Assembly (NCBI RefSeq): GCF_009914755.1 | Contig: NC_060947.1 | DNA length: 64,000 nt | Origin: the human T2T-CHM13v2.0 reference genome, Homo sapiens | Strand: one strand, 5' to 3' | Notes under the pieces: model-generated | Seen by the model: the letters and a program-made list of their open reading frames with translations, nothing else | Told to the model about the DNA's origin: nothing | Database searches by the model: none | Program-made: the position numbers and the translations under genes | Shown here: one piece after another, positions 1 through 12,669 of the stretch | Layout: the number at the start of each line of letters is the position of its first letter | Numbering within the stretch: the first letter of the stretch is position 1

Positions 1-111
1 ATGCGGAGCCTTAGAATGCTTAACTTATTAAATAGGAGTAATATAGGTATTGTAAAATTCTGCCTCATTTAATACCTTCTCTTAATAAATTCATAATTTA
101 AAATTACCTAC

Positions 112-195
112 CTTATAATCCAAGAAAGAGTTTACTTGTTCTACTTCAGAATTACTTATCATGTCACTTTCTTCATCATCAATAATTTCTATTTT
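112..195 (-). CDS. HDX: HDX internal coding exon (84 nt): KIEIIDDEESDMISNSEVEQVNSFLDYK
   Basis: Minus strand reads cttgtgttacag|AAA ATA GAA ... GAT TAT AAG|gtaggt. Phase 0/0, open frame, continues the frame of exon 3154-3233. Peptide recognised as the HDX acidic C-terminal region. Confidence 0.93.
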
Positions 196-1250
196 CTGTA
201 ACACAAGTAGAGAAGTTACAAATATATATCACATCATTCTTACTACACTCAGCAATGCATAGAAAATATGCATTCAATGTTTAGGTTATCTAGTCTAGGT
301 TATCTGGAATAAATTCTGATAACTGACTGGCTCCTCAGTGTTACATATAGTGTGTGTCTGAGCCACCTCCCTCTACCTTTAACTGATGACTGCTTGTTAA
401 ATAAAAAAATTAATACTATTTAAAATAGAAAATGTCTTTCTACAATATCCCTAACAAAGCAGGCGAACTGCTTAAACAGCACCCTCCAGGGACAGGAAAT
501 TTACTTCCTGTAATGGTGGTCTATTTTAATGCGAGTAAACATACAATTGATAGGAATAGCTTTCTTTTTTAAGTTTCCACATGCCTCTTTGTGACTTCTA
601 ATGTAAAATGTCAGCATATGACATATTCCAAAATCAAACACAATTTTTAAAAATTCCAATATTTACTGCACACTGCACAACTTTAGCTTGACAACTAATT
701 AAAAGCAGGCATCTATGATGTAATGATAAAAATAGCATGATGATTTGTTTCCTTCACTGAAGAGTAACAGCCAGGATGAGGAGGTGGAGAGAGAGGAAAA
801 GGGAGAAAGAGAAAGGAGAGAGACAGATTAAATTATCTTTAGCTTTTAAAAAAAGGCATAGCATAGCTTGTACAATATCTTGTCCACAGTAGGTACTAAC
901 ACTAATTAAATATCTGTAGAAAGAATGAACAAAACAGTTCAGCGTTGATGAAAAAAAAATGACCAATTAGCTCCAACCATGAGGGGGCAAGTTCTCTAAT
1001 CATGTGATTTTTTTTAAAAAAAAAGCAAAAAAAAAAAAAAAGGTATAAGTAAAATCAGCTCTAATTTTTCTTTCACATGTAAAAAACACAGTCAAGAAAA
1101 AACTCCTTTAAATATTTAAACCCTGCCAACCCAAAGAAAATTTTTAAAGAGGAAAAACTAAGCTATATTCAGTCACTAGACGGTCTTTTAAGAACAAGCA
1201 CATAAATAGCAACATGTTGTAGGCAGAATTTGAAATCAGGCTTCCTACTC

Positions 1251-1325
1251 TGTATGTGTGTGTGTGTGTGTGTGTATACACACACGTATATACATATATG
1301 AACACACATACATACATATTTACAT
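1251..1325. repeat. (TG)n/(CA)n/(TA)n compound microsatellite
   Basis: Directly visible dinucleotide runs. Confidence 0.9.
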
Positions 1326-3153
1326 ATGGTGATTAAAAGTCACAAATTAACTTGGAATGATTATATTTAATATATTGCGTATGAGGATATGATACTATTA
1401 CAGGGTTTGTGACCTGCAGGCTTTTGAGTCAGGAAAACAGCTGCAGTGAAATTACTTTCTACTGCTGCCTGGAGATGAATCCAATATTTTGTTTTCTATT
1501 CTAATCTCTATAAAATTGGGGCTTCATCATGCCAGCTCTTCCAAGACCTCAGATTTGATATTTTTTGATGTTTTTCAGATTCTCTACATATTTGGATTGG
1601 CTCTGGCAAAAAGGAGCTAGGCAATTCAGGGAGGGATGCACCAAAGGCCACCGTAGAGATGTGTGCATTTAAATAGGTCTTATATGTCTGTTTGATTTGT
1701 TATCCATGAATAATTGGGAGCACTCAAAAGTTACAGGCAGAGGAGATTAGCCTTTGAAAGTGTGGCATTTTGTTTCTAAAAAATCAATTGCTTTTTGAAA
1801 AATTAGGTGCCTAAATGACTGTGAGTCATCCCATGCCATGGCTTCATTCATTATCTCCAAATATCTGCTGCAAAGGAGATTCAACGCAGAGAAATTCAGG
1901 CTACAAATGAGCATGTCTTTAAAGGGAAAGATGTTTCAATTTGTAAATTGTACATAACTTGCACACTAAAACTCAAATCTGTAGCAGATTATTAGTTGGT
2001 GGAATTTAAGATGAGCACAATTCATAACCATCGAAAACAATTACTAGTAGCTATCTAACAAAAACACGACTTTGCCTCACAATCAAAGCTGTTTTCCTGT
2101 ATGCTTGTTAAACTTAGTGTTAGAAGGGTCAAGCATTGACTTCAACCAGGACTCAAATCAGTAAAATACAATCCTAAACTATATTCTGCTTGTAGAAAAC
2201 ACTGTTATATATTACTGTTATTTAACAAAAAAATAGCAAAACTATTTTATGCGCTCAACTTTTATTAAAGACATGTGGCAGGACTACAGTGTGAAATAAG
2301 TAATGCTTCTAATGAAAGTCAAGGGAAACCCTAAAGTCACAGCCCTTTTGTAACAACAAAAAAAAATCAATTAAGAGGCTATTTTTTAGTGGCTGCAATC
2401 AAACACAGAACGTTGATTCAAAAGCAAAAACAAAAGGACAATGACATTCCCCTTTATATCTGACTCTTAATACCATCTTGATTATAGGGTTACTTGATAG
2501 GGCAGAATATAAACAGATGTTGCTAAAACAGCTGCATAGGGAGCATCACTATATGTTTACATTTTCACAAAACCCAGTTTACTCCACACACAACCTGCTT
2601 CTATTTGCTATTCAAACATTTAATACTGTCTTTCTTTCTATATTGTGATTTTTAAGATGAGTAACCAGAGTACAATTTAACTATTAATAGGAGGAAAAAA
2701 GTTCCAAACACACCATCAATAGGTATGTTCTGAATAGAGAACTCAGAGTCGGAAATTCTTGCATACATGTGCCACAACTAACAAAGTTTTCCTTCACGAT
2801 CTCATGCTAAACTCTGTTTTAATTCTGCCATCCATCAAATAGGTAGAAATCTGCTCTTTGCTAACTGTGTTGAAGAAAAATAGCTTGTTATATGTAAAAT
2901 ATCATATACATACCAAGTATTGGGTTTTTATATTTGCACATCTCCTCAATCAAAAAATTAGTGATACAAATGACAACATTTTAAATTTTACTTACTAAGC
3001 CATCAAAGATATGTAATTTCATTGGAAAGAGGTCTGTTTTGGTTTGTGAAGTGGAGCAAGACTTTATTCTGAAAATGAGAATATTTTCACCAACTGGATA
3101 CTTGGGCTTGAAATCAACCATGTAATGAGAAAAGAATTTCAAACTGTACATAC

Positions 3154-3233
3154 CACATTATCTGTGGTTACTGCATGGTGGTCCTCTTCCTTATGAGCCC
3201 TTGCATCATTCGGAACAACTTCATTGGGCTCTT
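3154..3233 (-). CDS. HDX: HDX internal coding exon (80 nt): (E)EPNEVVPNDARAHKEEDHHAVTTDNV
   Basis: Minus strand reads ttttttctgtag|AA GAG CCC AAT ... GAT AAT GTG|gtatgt. Phase 1 start completes the GAA codon from the upstream exon; phase 0 end. Confidence 0.93.
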
Positions 3234-4671
3234 CTACAGAAAAAAATGCCATAATTTCATTTTCATTTCGCAAAACTTTCTTGAGAATACTATTTTCAAG
3301 GTCATTTAAATAATTTCTCTATTATAAAAAGACACAAATGGCAAATTCATTTCACACGTTTGATGAGCAATTCTACTTCAAACAATGCATTCAAAGGAAA
3401 TAAGTAGGGATGGGGGCAAATACAAGGATGGTCACCGTTGTCCTATTTGTAACTGAAAAAACGGACAAAAACTGTATCCTTAACAATGGAGGAATAGAGA
3501 AATTTAGAATCTATCTCTATAATAAATATTATGAAGCCGCTAAAATTGAAATAGAAGAACAGTAGTTATAAGGAAATATTCATGGTTTACTGGCAAGTGA
3601 AAAAATGAAGGTAACAAAATCTATTGTGTGGATACATATAACATTAATTTTATTTTAAAATATATAAACTTCACTATAAAATTTAAATAAATTTATTATG
3701 CAAATATGTAAATTTTCATGGAGACACACTAGGACTGTTTCCACAAAGACATTGTCATTAGTATTTCTAGATGGAATTATGAGTGATTTTTAATTTTTCT
3801 GTTTTCTTTTTGCTTATTTGTGTTTAAATATTTTTCTACAATGAACATTTGTTTCTCATTCAAATAAGAAAAAAGTCATAAAATAATTTTCAAATCTATG
3901 ATATAAAACCATAAATCCAGAGTATTTCCAGTTTTGTGAATGTATGTGTGTACAAACACACACAGACACACTCCTGTATATATGCTAAGAGAAAATGGTG
4001 GCAAAAATATCCTCTTATCCTTATTTTCAGAAGGGTTATCACTGAGGAATAGGATTGTTTCTATTTTTATTGTATTTCCCAGTACTTTCTAAAATGAACA
4101 TGTATCCCTTTTCTGATCAAAATTCAATATTCTAAAAACGAGAAAATAAGTGAAAGAAATAAATTAATTCAGAGAAACCAGACTACTAAAAAACTCTCCA
4201 GGCTGAGCTAGGGGAACTGGTCGGTTCAAGGCACAGGGTGTCTGCATGTATAATCCCTTCTGTTTTAGATTACCCTCCACCAGCCCCTTAAAAAAACAAG
4301 GTAGCAATGTTCCTCTCTCTCTCTTTATCTCTTCTTTTGGCACAGCCATATCATGGAGATTATTTGAATAAATACTAGTAGAATTTCGCGATCTCATGGT
4401 AACTGACATTTTACTTCACCTTAGGAAGCAGAACAAAAATATTTATCAGCCCTCACGAATTTTTCGAAGTCTATTCCTTTTCATGGAAAGAAATATAGGG
4501 GTGCCTCGTATGAGCATGGGGGAATTATTAAGAGGAAAATGTGGTCGATCCAGGAACTCACATATGACCATATAGAGAATTCAAGTTTAAGATATTCAGG
4601 AAAATCTTACCAGAATTTTGATGCAAAGTCCACTATAAACACAATTTAAATGTTTTTGTCTCCTCTGCTAT

Positions 4672-5545
4672 ATTTTTTAAAAATTAAATTTTGGGGGGTA
4701 TATTTGAGATATACAACATAATGTTATACACACACACACATATATAAATTGTTTCTATAATGAAACAAATTAACATATCCATTATCTCACATAGTTATCC
4801 ATCCCCACCCACGAGCAGCTATAATATACTCCTTTAGCAAAAATCCTGAATAGAGTACACTTATTAATAGTAATCCTCATGTTGCATATTAGATCTTTTG
4901 ACTTGTTCATACTACATATTTGCTACTTTTTATCATTTGACCTGCATTTCCCTATTTCCTCTCCCTCCTACTCTGATCCTGGTAACCTCTTTTTTTTCTC
5001 TATCTGTTTATATTTGACTGTTTTTCTCCCCTGCCATTTGCCACAACATGGATAGACCCTGATATGGTTTATGTCTGTGTCCCCTCCCAAAACTCATGTC
5101 AAATTGCAATCCCCAATGTTGCAGTTGGAGCCTGGTGGGAGGTGATTGGATCATGGGGGTAGATTTCCCTTTTGATGCTGTTCTTGTAAGAGTGAGTGAG
5201 TTCTCAAGAGATCTGGTGTTGAAAGTGTGTAGCACCCCATCCCTCTTCTTCCTGTTCCAGCCATGTAAGACCTGCCTGCTTCCCTTTCACCTTCTGCCAT
5301 TATTGTAAATTCCTGAGGCCTCCCTGAGAAGAAGCCAGCAACATGCTTCCTTTACAGCCTGCAGAACTGTGAGCCAATTAAATCTCTTTTCTTTATAAAT
5401 TACCCAGTCTCAGGTATTTCCTTATAGCAGTGCTAGAACAAACTGAAGCAGACCTGCAGGACATTATGCTGAGTGAAATAACTGAACACAGAAAGGAAAA
5501 TATTGCATGATCTCACTTATATGTGGAATCTTAAAAACAGGTCAA
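4672..5545 (-). mobile_element. Old L1M(A) 3'-end fragment with an inverted segment (minus 4672-5025, plus ~5029-5545), interrupted by an MST LTR
   Basis: Antisense L1 3'UTR, then sense L1 motif cctgccatttgccacaacatggat...ctcacttatatgtggaatct. Confidence 0.75.
5060..5450 (+). mobile_element. MaLR solo LTR (MSTA/MSTB-like)
   Basis: Begins TGATATGGTTT and ends ...aactgaagCA. Internal ggaggtgattggatcatgggg and gccaattaaatctcttttctttataaattacccagtctcagg motifs. 5-bp TSD gaccc (5055-5059) / gacct (5451-5455). Confidence 0.9.
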
Positions 5546-7879
5546 TTTAATTTTTTTAAAGAACGGTTCATAGACAGAGGAGCCTTTACCTACTCATTAT
5601 TTAGACATTTCAAATCACAGACATTTCAATTCCTATGTAATCAGCAACAAAATGTAATGAAGGAAGGGAAAAAGTGTCATCAGCCAGTATTAGCACTAGT
5701 GGCCTCAGAAGAGAGTTTATATTGCTTATCAACAAGGTAACATTCTTTAAAGGTTTGCCTTATATTCCTATTCTCCTTTTCTCATAACTTTGTACACAGT
5801 TCTCCTTTACTGGCAACATATTTTGTACATGGTTTGATTATTTTGGAAGATTTAAATTAAAACTATATTGAGGATTTCTAAAATAAAAGGATGTGAAGTG
5901 ATACAGTTGAATAAGGAATGTTTTCTTTCGCTTACAGAAGCTTCAATATTTGTGAATGTTTGAAATCTAAACACTATCTACGTGCCTGGTAATTCCCCAA
6001 GAAAAGCAGCTCTGCTAATTGGATAATAAAGTGGAATAATTACCCAGTAAAAACTCTAGAGGGCGCCCTATGTGGTGGCTGTATGTACTCCCACTAAGTA
6101 ACTGTATAATTATCTTTCACGTGCATACCCATATAATAGATACAGCTGAAAAAAGAGGCTGTGATGTAAAATTTAATGACATAGATGTTAATTGTTCTCA
6201 TCTTTAAAAATTTTGGTTCTCAGGATAGTAAAAATCTTTAAAGTTGTTCAAACATAAATTTATTTTTCACTGTATATTAATTGTAGATACAGAAATTAAG
6301 GAGCTCAGCCATCTAGCTATTACTTTTGCTACAGTTTGCAGTTGTGGGAGGGGTGAGCTCAGGTAGGTTTATTTGTTTTTGTTTTTGTTTTTTATCTTTC
6401 CTAACCACACTTCTTTTCTCTTCATCACCACACAGGGAAAGGGAAAGGAAATGGGAAAGGGAAGGTGGGAGGTGGAAGGTGGAAGTTAGAGGTAAGTCAG
6501 AAGTTCTGTATTAGGGAAGTATCTACCCTCTCAGAAACAAATGAGTGGAACTGAAACTGCTAAAAGACCAGCAGCACTTTTTTTGACTCTTACTAAAGCT
6601 GCCTTTTACTGAATTTTAAAAAAATCTTAATTTTTGCTTATACAGATTTTTCTAGAATATTTTAATGTGATTTTCAATTGATTTTTAATATGTAATATGT
6701 AACCCTAACTTAAAGATATCTTTCCCTTCTTAGATAATGCTACTGAATCAGTAGCCCTATTATAAGCAGTCTGAATTTCAGTTGTTAGGTTTTTGAAATA
6801 CTATGGGCAGCTAATTTTAGAATAATCTAAAGATTATTTTTTCTTTATATTTCTTAGATGTAATTAATGGAAATTTCAAAGTAGAAATATATTTAAATAC
6901 ATTTTCATAAACTGGAAGGAAAATGGTTAGCATATTTTAAAGGCATGATATTAATTTAGGCCAGATGATATGATTCACTTAATCAAACGAATCGTATTAG
7001 TATTCTCCACTAGCAAAATGAGGAAGAGAATAGGACATAACTAGTAGGAAACTGTACCAAAAAGGGCTGTTTTCAGTATTTGAAAATGATTTTATGCTTT
7101 TCTGTTGCAATTTCTGTGAGAATGAAAAGGTTACCATGCAGCTGTGGAAAGATAAGCCACCGATAAAAAATTCTAGGCAATCACACTTCTGATCAAGTGT
7201 TTTTTGATTCATGCATTAAATTCTCTTTCTTCTTTTTCTCATTGTGTCTTGATTACTATGCCAGCTATTTAAAGAACACACCATGACAAAGAATGTCAGT
7301 GTAGGAGCAGTGGTCCATTAAGAGTGGACCATTAAGTGGTCTTTAAAATTAACTTTCACTTTTTTTCCTTCAACTACTTATTTTCTAAAATTATCTTTTA
7401 GGTGGAGAAGTGGGAGTTGGGAAACGAAACTTCACTTAGGGTCTTCTGTACTTTCTCTGAATATTTTCTCTCAGCTCACCCACTCAACCACAGAAACACA
7501 CAAATCCCTACTTCCCCACTCTCCTTCAGCTAGTCACCACTCAGCAGGCTCTAAAACACCAGTCATGAGTCACTGGGAATATCCAAGTATCTCCAGGCAT
7601 ATGCAATTTAGTAAACACTAACCAATGACAGAAATGGTTTAAAGGACCAACTATATTAGAAATAAAGGGCTTGGAAATGGTGCAATATTTCTTTTTTTCT
7701 TGATAATTTTAAAATCTGCCTCACTATTTCCCTGTACACTTAATTCTCTGTTATCATCTTCAATATGAATAACAAATGTTAAGAAAGAGAGAGAGAGAGA
7801 AACTTGAATATTCACATAGATAACATTTCAAATACCTGATCTTAACATGCATGGCCCTCTTAATACTAGTAGCTTTGCT

Positions 7880-8592
7880 TTCCCTTTCATTACTCAACCT
7901 ACTGCAATCTGCTTGCCTCTCCTCTCCCCATGCAGTTAATTGCTTTTTTAAAGAATTTCTAAAACACCAAATTCAATGGCTTTCTCATCCCTTTTTCTAC
8001 TTAACTTCTATGAGACCACGAGACTACTGAAATAATGACGCCTCTTCCTTCTGAAATCTCCTTATTTGTTTTTTTTTTTTTCTTAATTTTAGAGACAGAA
8101 GTCACTACGTTGCTGAGGCTGGAGTACAGTGGCTATTCACAGGTGCAATCAGAACACACTGAAGCTTCAAACTCCCAACTTCAAGGGATCCTTTTCGCCT
8201 CAGCTTTCCAAGTAGCTGAGACTACAGGCATGCCACTGCACCCGACTCTTTCCTTGATTTTAGGAAAAGCATACTGTCCTGCTTCTTCTGTTTCTGAATG
8301 TTCTTTCAAGGGCTCCCTTTTCTCCTCCAATGCCCAAATCTGGATATTTATCAATACACAGTCTTTGTCCATTGTCCTTTCTTGTTTTTCATTTTCTCAC
8401 TTAACTAAATCTTCAATCTTCATGGCTAGATATTTTTTGCCTCAATGTGGGTGACTTCCATATTTCTTTTTATGTCTTAAGCACTCATCTGAGTTTCAGA
8501 CTCATATCATCCAAAGGCCTGCTTGGACAGCTCTACATGGATGTCCAACCACTATCTAAAATTCAATACGTGCAAAGCTGAATTCATCTTCC
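7880..8592 (+). mobile_element. L2 fragment (interrupted by FAM)
   Basis: caaattcaatggc...; tttcagactcatatcatcc...ctgcttggacagctctacatggatgtcc...aaagctgaattcatcttcc resemble L2 consensus motifs. Confidence 0.6.
8068..8246 (-). mobile_element. FAM (fossil Alu monomer)
   Basis: Poly-T, then Alu-like monomer with the FAM/7SL-type segment cagtggctattcacagg. Confidence 0.8.
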
Positions 8593-8594
8593 TA

Positions 8595-8872
8595 CAGTAT
8601 TCTATAAATTTAATACAATGCCAAGAAAAATCTTGAATGGATGTTGGGGAAGGAGATTTGGAAAAGGTATGCTTAAACAGTTCAAATTGTATGACTAAAC
8701 AATTCAAGAATCAATATACTACAAAGCAAAGAAGAATGAGGGCCCTACCAGCTATTAAGACATTTTATAAAGCCAAAGTTGTAAACTGTCAAATCAGTGT
8801 AACAATAAGCAGTCTCAGATTTGACCCACATGTGTATATGTGTACGTCTGCATGTGTGTATATGTGTGTGCA

Positions 8873-8908
<36 letters not shown>

Positions 8909-9995
8909 TGTGTGTGTGTATTTAATAAAAAGCTACATTCCAACTCACTGGTAAAAGATGAGTTATTCAACAAATGGTGTAGGGACAATTAGTTAACCAT
9001 TTGGAAAAATAAAATTGGATGTATTCATACATCTTAAAGCAAAATTAATTCTAGGTGAAATAAATATCAAGTTGTACAAATTAAACTATAAGGATACTAG
9101 AGGCAAATGTGGGGGTATATTTACATAATTGTAGTATAAGGAAAGACTGTAATCATGACCCAAGGTCAGAAACCATAAAGGAAAGTACGGGTAGATTTGA
9201 AAACTTAAAAATTACAAAAGAAAATCTGACATCAGAAAACATCATAAGCAAAATTAAAAGGCAAACAATACACTGGAAAATATATTGTAAGTATTCTAAA
9301 CAGAGTTCAATGAAAACAAAAGCAAAATGAGAAAAGGCATGACCCTCTTTGTTTCTTAATCACAGATACAAAAAGCCTATATATTGCACGATTCAATTTA
9401 TAGAAAATGCCCAGAAAAGACAAATTTATATCGTCATAAAGCAGATCAGTGGCTTCCTGAAGTTGAGAGTGGGAAGAGGGAGTGACTGCAAATGGGCTCA
9501 AGGGACTTATTGGAGAGATGAAACTGATATAAATTCAGATTTCAGTGATGGTGATGGTTGTACAACTGCATAAAATTTACTAAAAATCATTGAATTCTAT
9601 ATTTAAAATGAATGATTTTATTTTGAGACAGGGTGTCACTCTGTCACCTAGGTTGGAGTACAGTGACACAATTACTTGAGCTCACTGCAGCCTCAAACTC
9701 CAGGGCTCAAGTGATCCTCTCACCTTAGACTCCTGAGTAGATGGGACTGTAGCTAACTAAAACAGCAACAACAACAACAAATCAACAACAACAAAACAAA
9801 CAAGCAAACAAAAAACACTTTTTGTAGAGATGAGGTCTCATTATGTTGCCCTGGCTGATTTCGAACTCCTGAGTTCAAGCAATCATTTCACAACAGTCTC
9901 CCAAAGTGCTGAGATTAGAGGCATTAGTCACCTCACCTGGCCTTACAATGGATGAATTTTATGATGTGTAAATTAAATCTCAATAAAAGTGTTAA
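8595..9995 (+). mobile_element. Old L1M (L1MD/ME-like) ORF2 and 3'-end fragments, with (TG)n(GA)n at ~8830-8920 and an AluJ insertion
   Basis: ttcaacaaatggtgtagggacaatt...; 3' end gtgatggttgtacaactgc...aaatctcaataaaag. Confidence 0.7.
9620..9942 (-). mobile_element. AluJ-like dimer
   Basis: ttttgagacagggtgtcactctgtcacc...cccaaagtgctgagattagaggc...ctggcc. Degenerate TSD ttaaaatgaatgatttt / ttacaatggatgaatttt. Confidence 0.85.
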
Positions 9996-10129
9996 TAAAA
10001 ATATGTCAAAAGAGAATCCTATCTATGCTTGAGGACAAATGAAACATACTTCTCATGGACAGATAGTATCATTACATAATATTATTTTAATTATTTTTTA
10101 GAGAAAAATTAAGAGATATCATAAAGATA

Positions 10130-10280
10130 ATCCAGACTAATTCTCTTTAGCAGATGAGGAAACTAAAGCCCAATTAAATACTTTGCATGAAAGTCTCATG
10201 AGAAGTCGCATGAAAAGCTAGGAGTTGCATCCACATTTCCTGAGTACTAGCCTGGTATTTGTCGCATTATGCCATACTCT
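10130..10280 (-). mobile_element. MIR fragment
   Basis: cagatgaggaaactaaagccc core motif. Confidence 0.65.
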
Positions 10281-10604
10281 TTCATTACAGTGTGTTTATA
10301 CTGCTCTGACCTAAATTGACTAGAATTCCAATAAAATAAAAATCATTTACTTAATTATAATGCATGAATTGTAATAATCAACATTTATAAATGTAGGAGA
10401 TTATTATTGTTGTTGATGAATTTTCCTTGTGATGATGATGCAGGAGACTGTTTAGGTGGAGGCATTAAAAATAAATCTATTGTTTCAAATACTTGGCCAA
10501 ATGTTTTGAAGACTCTAGACTTGAAATGCAGTAAACTGAAAATCAAGTACAAAATGCATCAAATTTACAAAGGCTATTATTAGAAGATTCAGCATATAAA
10601 GTAC

Positions 10605-10812
10605 CTTGAGAGCTTCCTTCAGACAAACAGATGGATACTTCATCATTTCTGTCATTATCCTCTCCTACTTCAGGCCCAGCTTCCTCTCCTGGTGTGAGTG
10701 CAGATAAAGAACCAGACTCAGGCTGCTCAGAGAAATCAGCAGGGCCTCCTCTTGGAGGTGGAACTTCAATCCCCATTAAACGATATTTCCTTCTTCGATT
10801 CCCAATCCAAGT
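10605..10812 (-). CDS. HDX: HDX internal coding exon (208 nt): homeodomain helix 3 TWIGNRRRKYR, then LMGIEVPPPRGGPADFSEQPESGSLSALTPGEEAGPEVGEDNDRNDEVSICLSEGSSQ
   Basis: Minus strand reads tatttctcttataaag|ACT TGG ATT GGG AAT CGA AGA AGG AAA ... TCT CAA G|gtactt. Phase 0 start, phase 1 end. Overlaps ORF 10543..10776. Confidence 0.95.
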
Positions 10813-10979
10813 CTTTATAAGAGAAATATAGGAGGAATTTTTGTAAACATAGAAAACTTAGCAGTTCTAGCCAGTAAAATAATGAATGAATGCTGCATAA
10901 AATATGATTTAAAGGAATAAATGGGTACACAGAAAGGTAAAAACTTTTATGTCAATACGCTAAAATAAAAATAATTGTG

Positions 10980-11125
10980 TTTTATATTTTTATAACTTAT
11001 TTTATTTATAACTGACAAATAATAATTGTACCTGGTTATGGGGTACAGTTTGACAGTGTGAGGTTTCAATACATGTACAGATTTTATAATGATCGAATCA
11101 TGATGGTTAGCATGTCAATCACCTC
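10980..11125 (-). mobile_element. L1MA 3'-end fragment
   Basis: tttataactgacaaataataattgta...atggggtacag...gttagcatgtcaatcacctcaaa. Confidence 0.65.
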
Positions 11126-12559
11126 AAAATGTTAATAGTTATGGCTTTAACTTTAAAATATTTATTAGCAGAAAGAAGGTATTTATATAAATATTCAGAC
11201 TTTTTAGCAACATGTAGTCTACTGAGGATGACTTTTTTCTGTTTTTGTTTTGTTTCTCGAGAAAACGATTCACCAAATCTTTTAAAAGAAAAATAAACTG
11301 GTTCTTTTTCAAACAGAACCATCATATAGCTATAACTCTAATTCATATCCTATTTCCAATCTTGCTCTTCCTATGCAAAAATGTGCCCTCTGTTAATTTT
11401 GTTTGGCTCCATATTATTACCTTGGCATTTCAAGCACTGTAAAATTTCATTTTACTGAATTTACAACCAATTTTCAAGACATTTTGTAATGAAATCATTT
11501 TAGAGTAATGGGAAGTTTCAAAGATAAGTCTTGTTTATTCTTCACTCCGTCTTCTCCAACTTCCATCTTACATAATTATAGCAAAATATCAAAAACAGGA
11601 AATTGATACTGTACAATATGTGTGTATAGTTCTATGTCCCTTTATCACACCATTCCTCTTCCTCTCCTTCCCACTATCCCTAATCTGTTTTCTGTCTCCA
11701 TAACTGTGCTTTTTCAAGAATATTATATAAATGGAATCATGCAGCATGTGACCTTTTGAAATCAACTTTTTCAATTCAGCATCATTCCCTGGAGATTCAT
11801 TCAAGTTGTGTGTATCGAGCCCATTCGTTTTTATTGCTAAGCAGTATTCCATGATATATATTTACCCATGTTCGTTTAACCATTTACCTGCTGAAGGACA
11901 CTTGCATTGTTTCAGATGTTTTGCTTATTACATATAAAGCCATTGTGAACAGTAATTTACAGGTTTTGTGTAGACATAGTTTCTATTTTTCTAGGATAAA
12001 TGCACAAGGATGCAAATTATGGATCATATGGTTATATGTTAAGTTTTATAAGAAACTGTCAAATTGTTTTCCAGAGAAACTGGGCCATTTTACATTCTTA
12101 TCAGCAATGCATGAGAGATCCAGTTTCTTAGCATTCTTGCTAGCATTTAGTATTGTCAGTATTTTCTAAAAACTTTTAGCTGTTCTCATAGGTGTGTGTA
12201 GTAACAGCTCAACAAGTTCTTAATGTTGACCATCTTTCCATGTGCTTATTTATCATCCCTATATTTGCCATCCTTTTCAATGAAATGTCTCTTCATTTTC
12301 TAATTGAAGTTCTTGTTTCATTTTCATGTTGAGTTTTGAGAAGTTCTTTATATATTCTAAATATGAATTCTATGTAATATATGTGGTTTGCAAATATTTT
12401 CTCCCAGTCTGTAGCTTGAATTTTTATCCTATTAGTCTTTTGCAGCACAAACTTAACACTGCTCAAAAAAAGGATATTAATTTAAAATAATAAAAAATGG
12501 GTTCACTGAAAAGATTGGTAAACTTGACAAACATCTAATTGTTAAACACAGTTTAACAT

Positions 12560-12669
12560 GGCCCTGGTGGCTAGTGAGCACCTGTAGTTGCATATATTCG
12601 GGAGGCTGAGGTGGGAGGATTTCTTGAACCCAGGAGTTCAAGGCTGCAGTGAGCTATGATCACATTACA
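12560..12669 (+). mobile_element. 3'-truncated, tailless Alu-type monomer (FAM/FRAM-like)
   Basis: ggcc...gggaggctgaggtgggaggatttcttgaacccaggagttcaaggctgcagtgagctatgatc, flanked by 18-bp near-direct repeats. Confidence 0.75.

Noticed and set aside
6435-6490. Purine-rich (GGGAAA)n / GGTGGA tract with G4 potential
   Set aside because: Short low-complexity tract of a common kind, with no other supporting evidence.
7309-7342. agtggtccatt-aag-agtggaccatt-aagtggtc micro-repeat
   Set aside because: Too short and imperfect to distinguish from ordinary slippage.
10543-10776. ORF-track 77-aa ORF as a standalone gene
   Set aside because: It is the HDX exon read from an internal Met and through the donor at 10604 into intron (GTLYAESS... 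is intronic).
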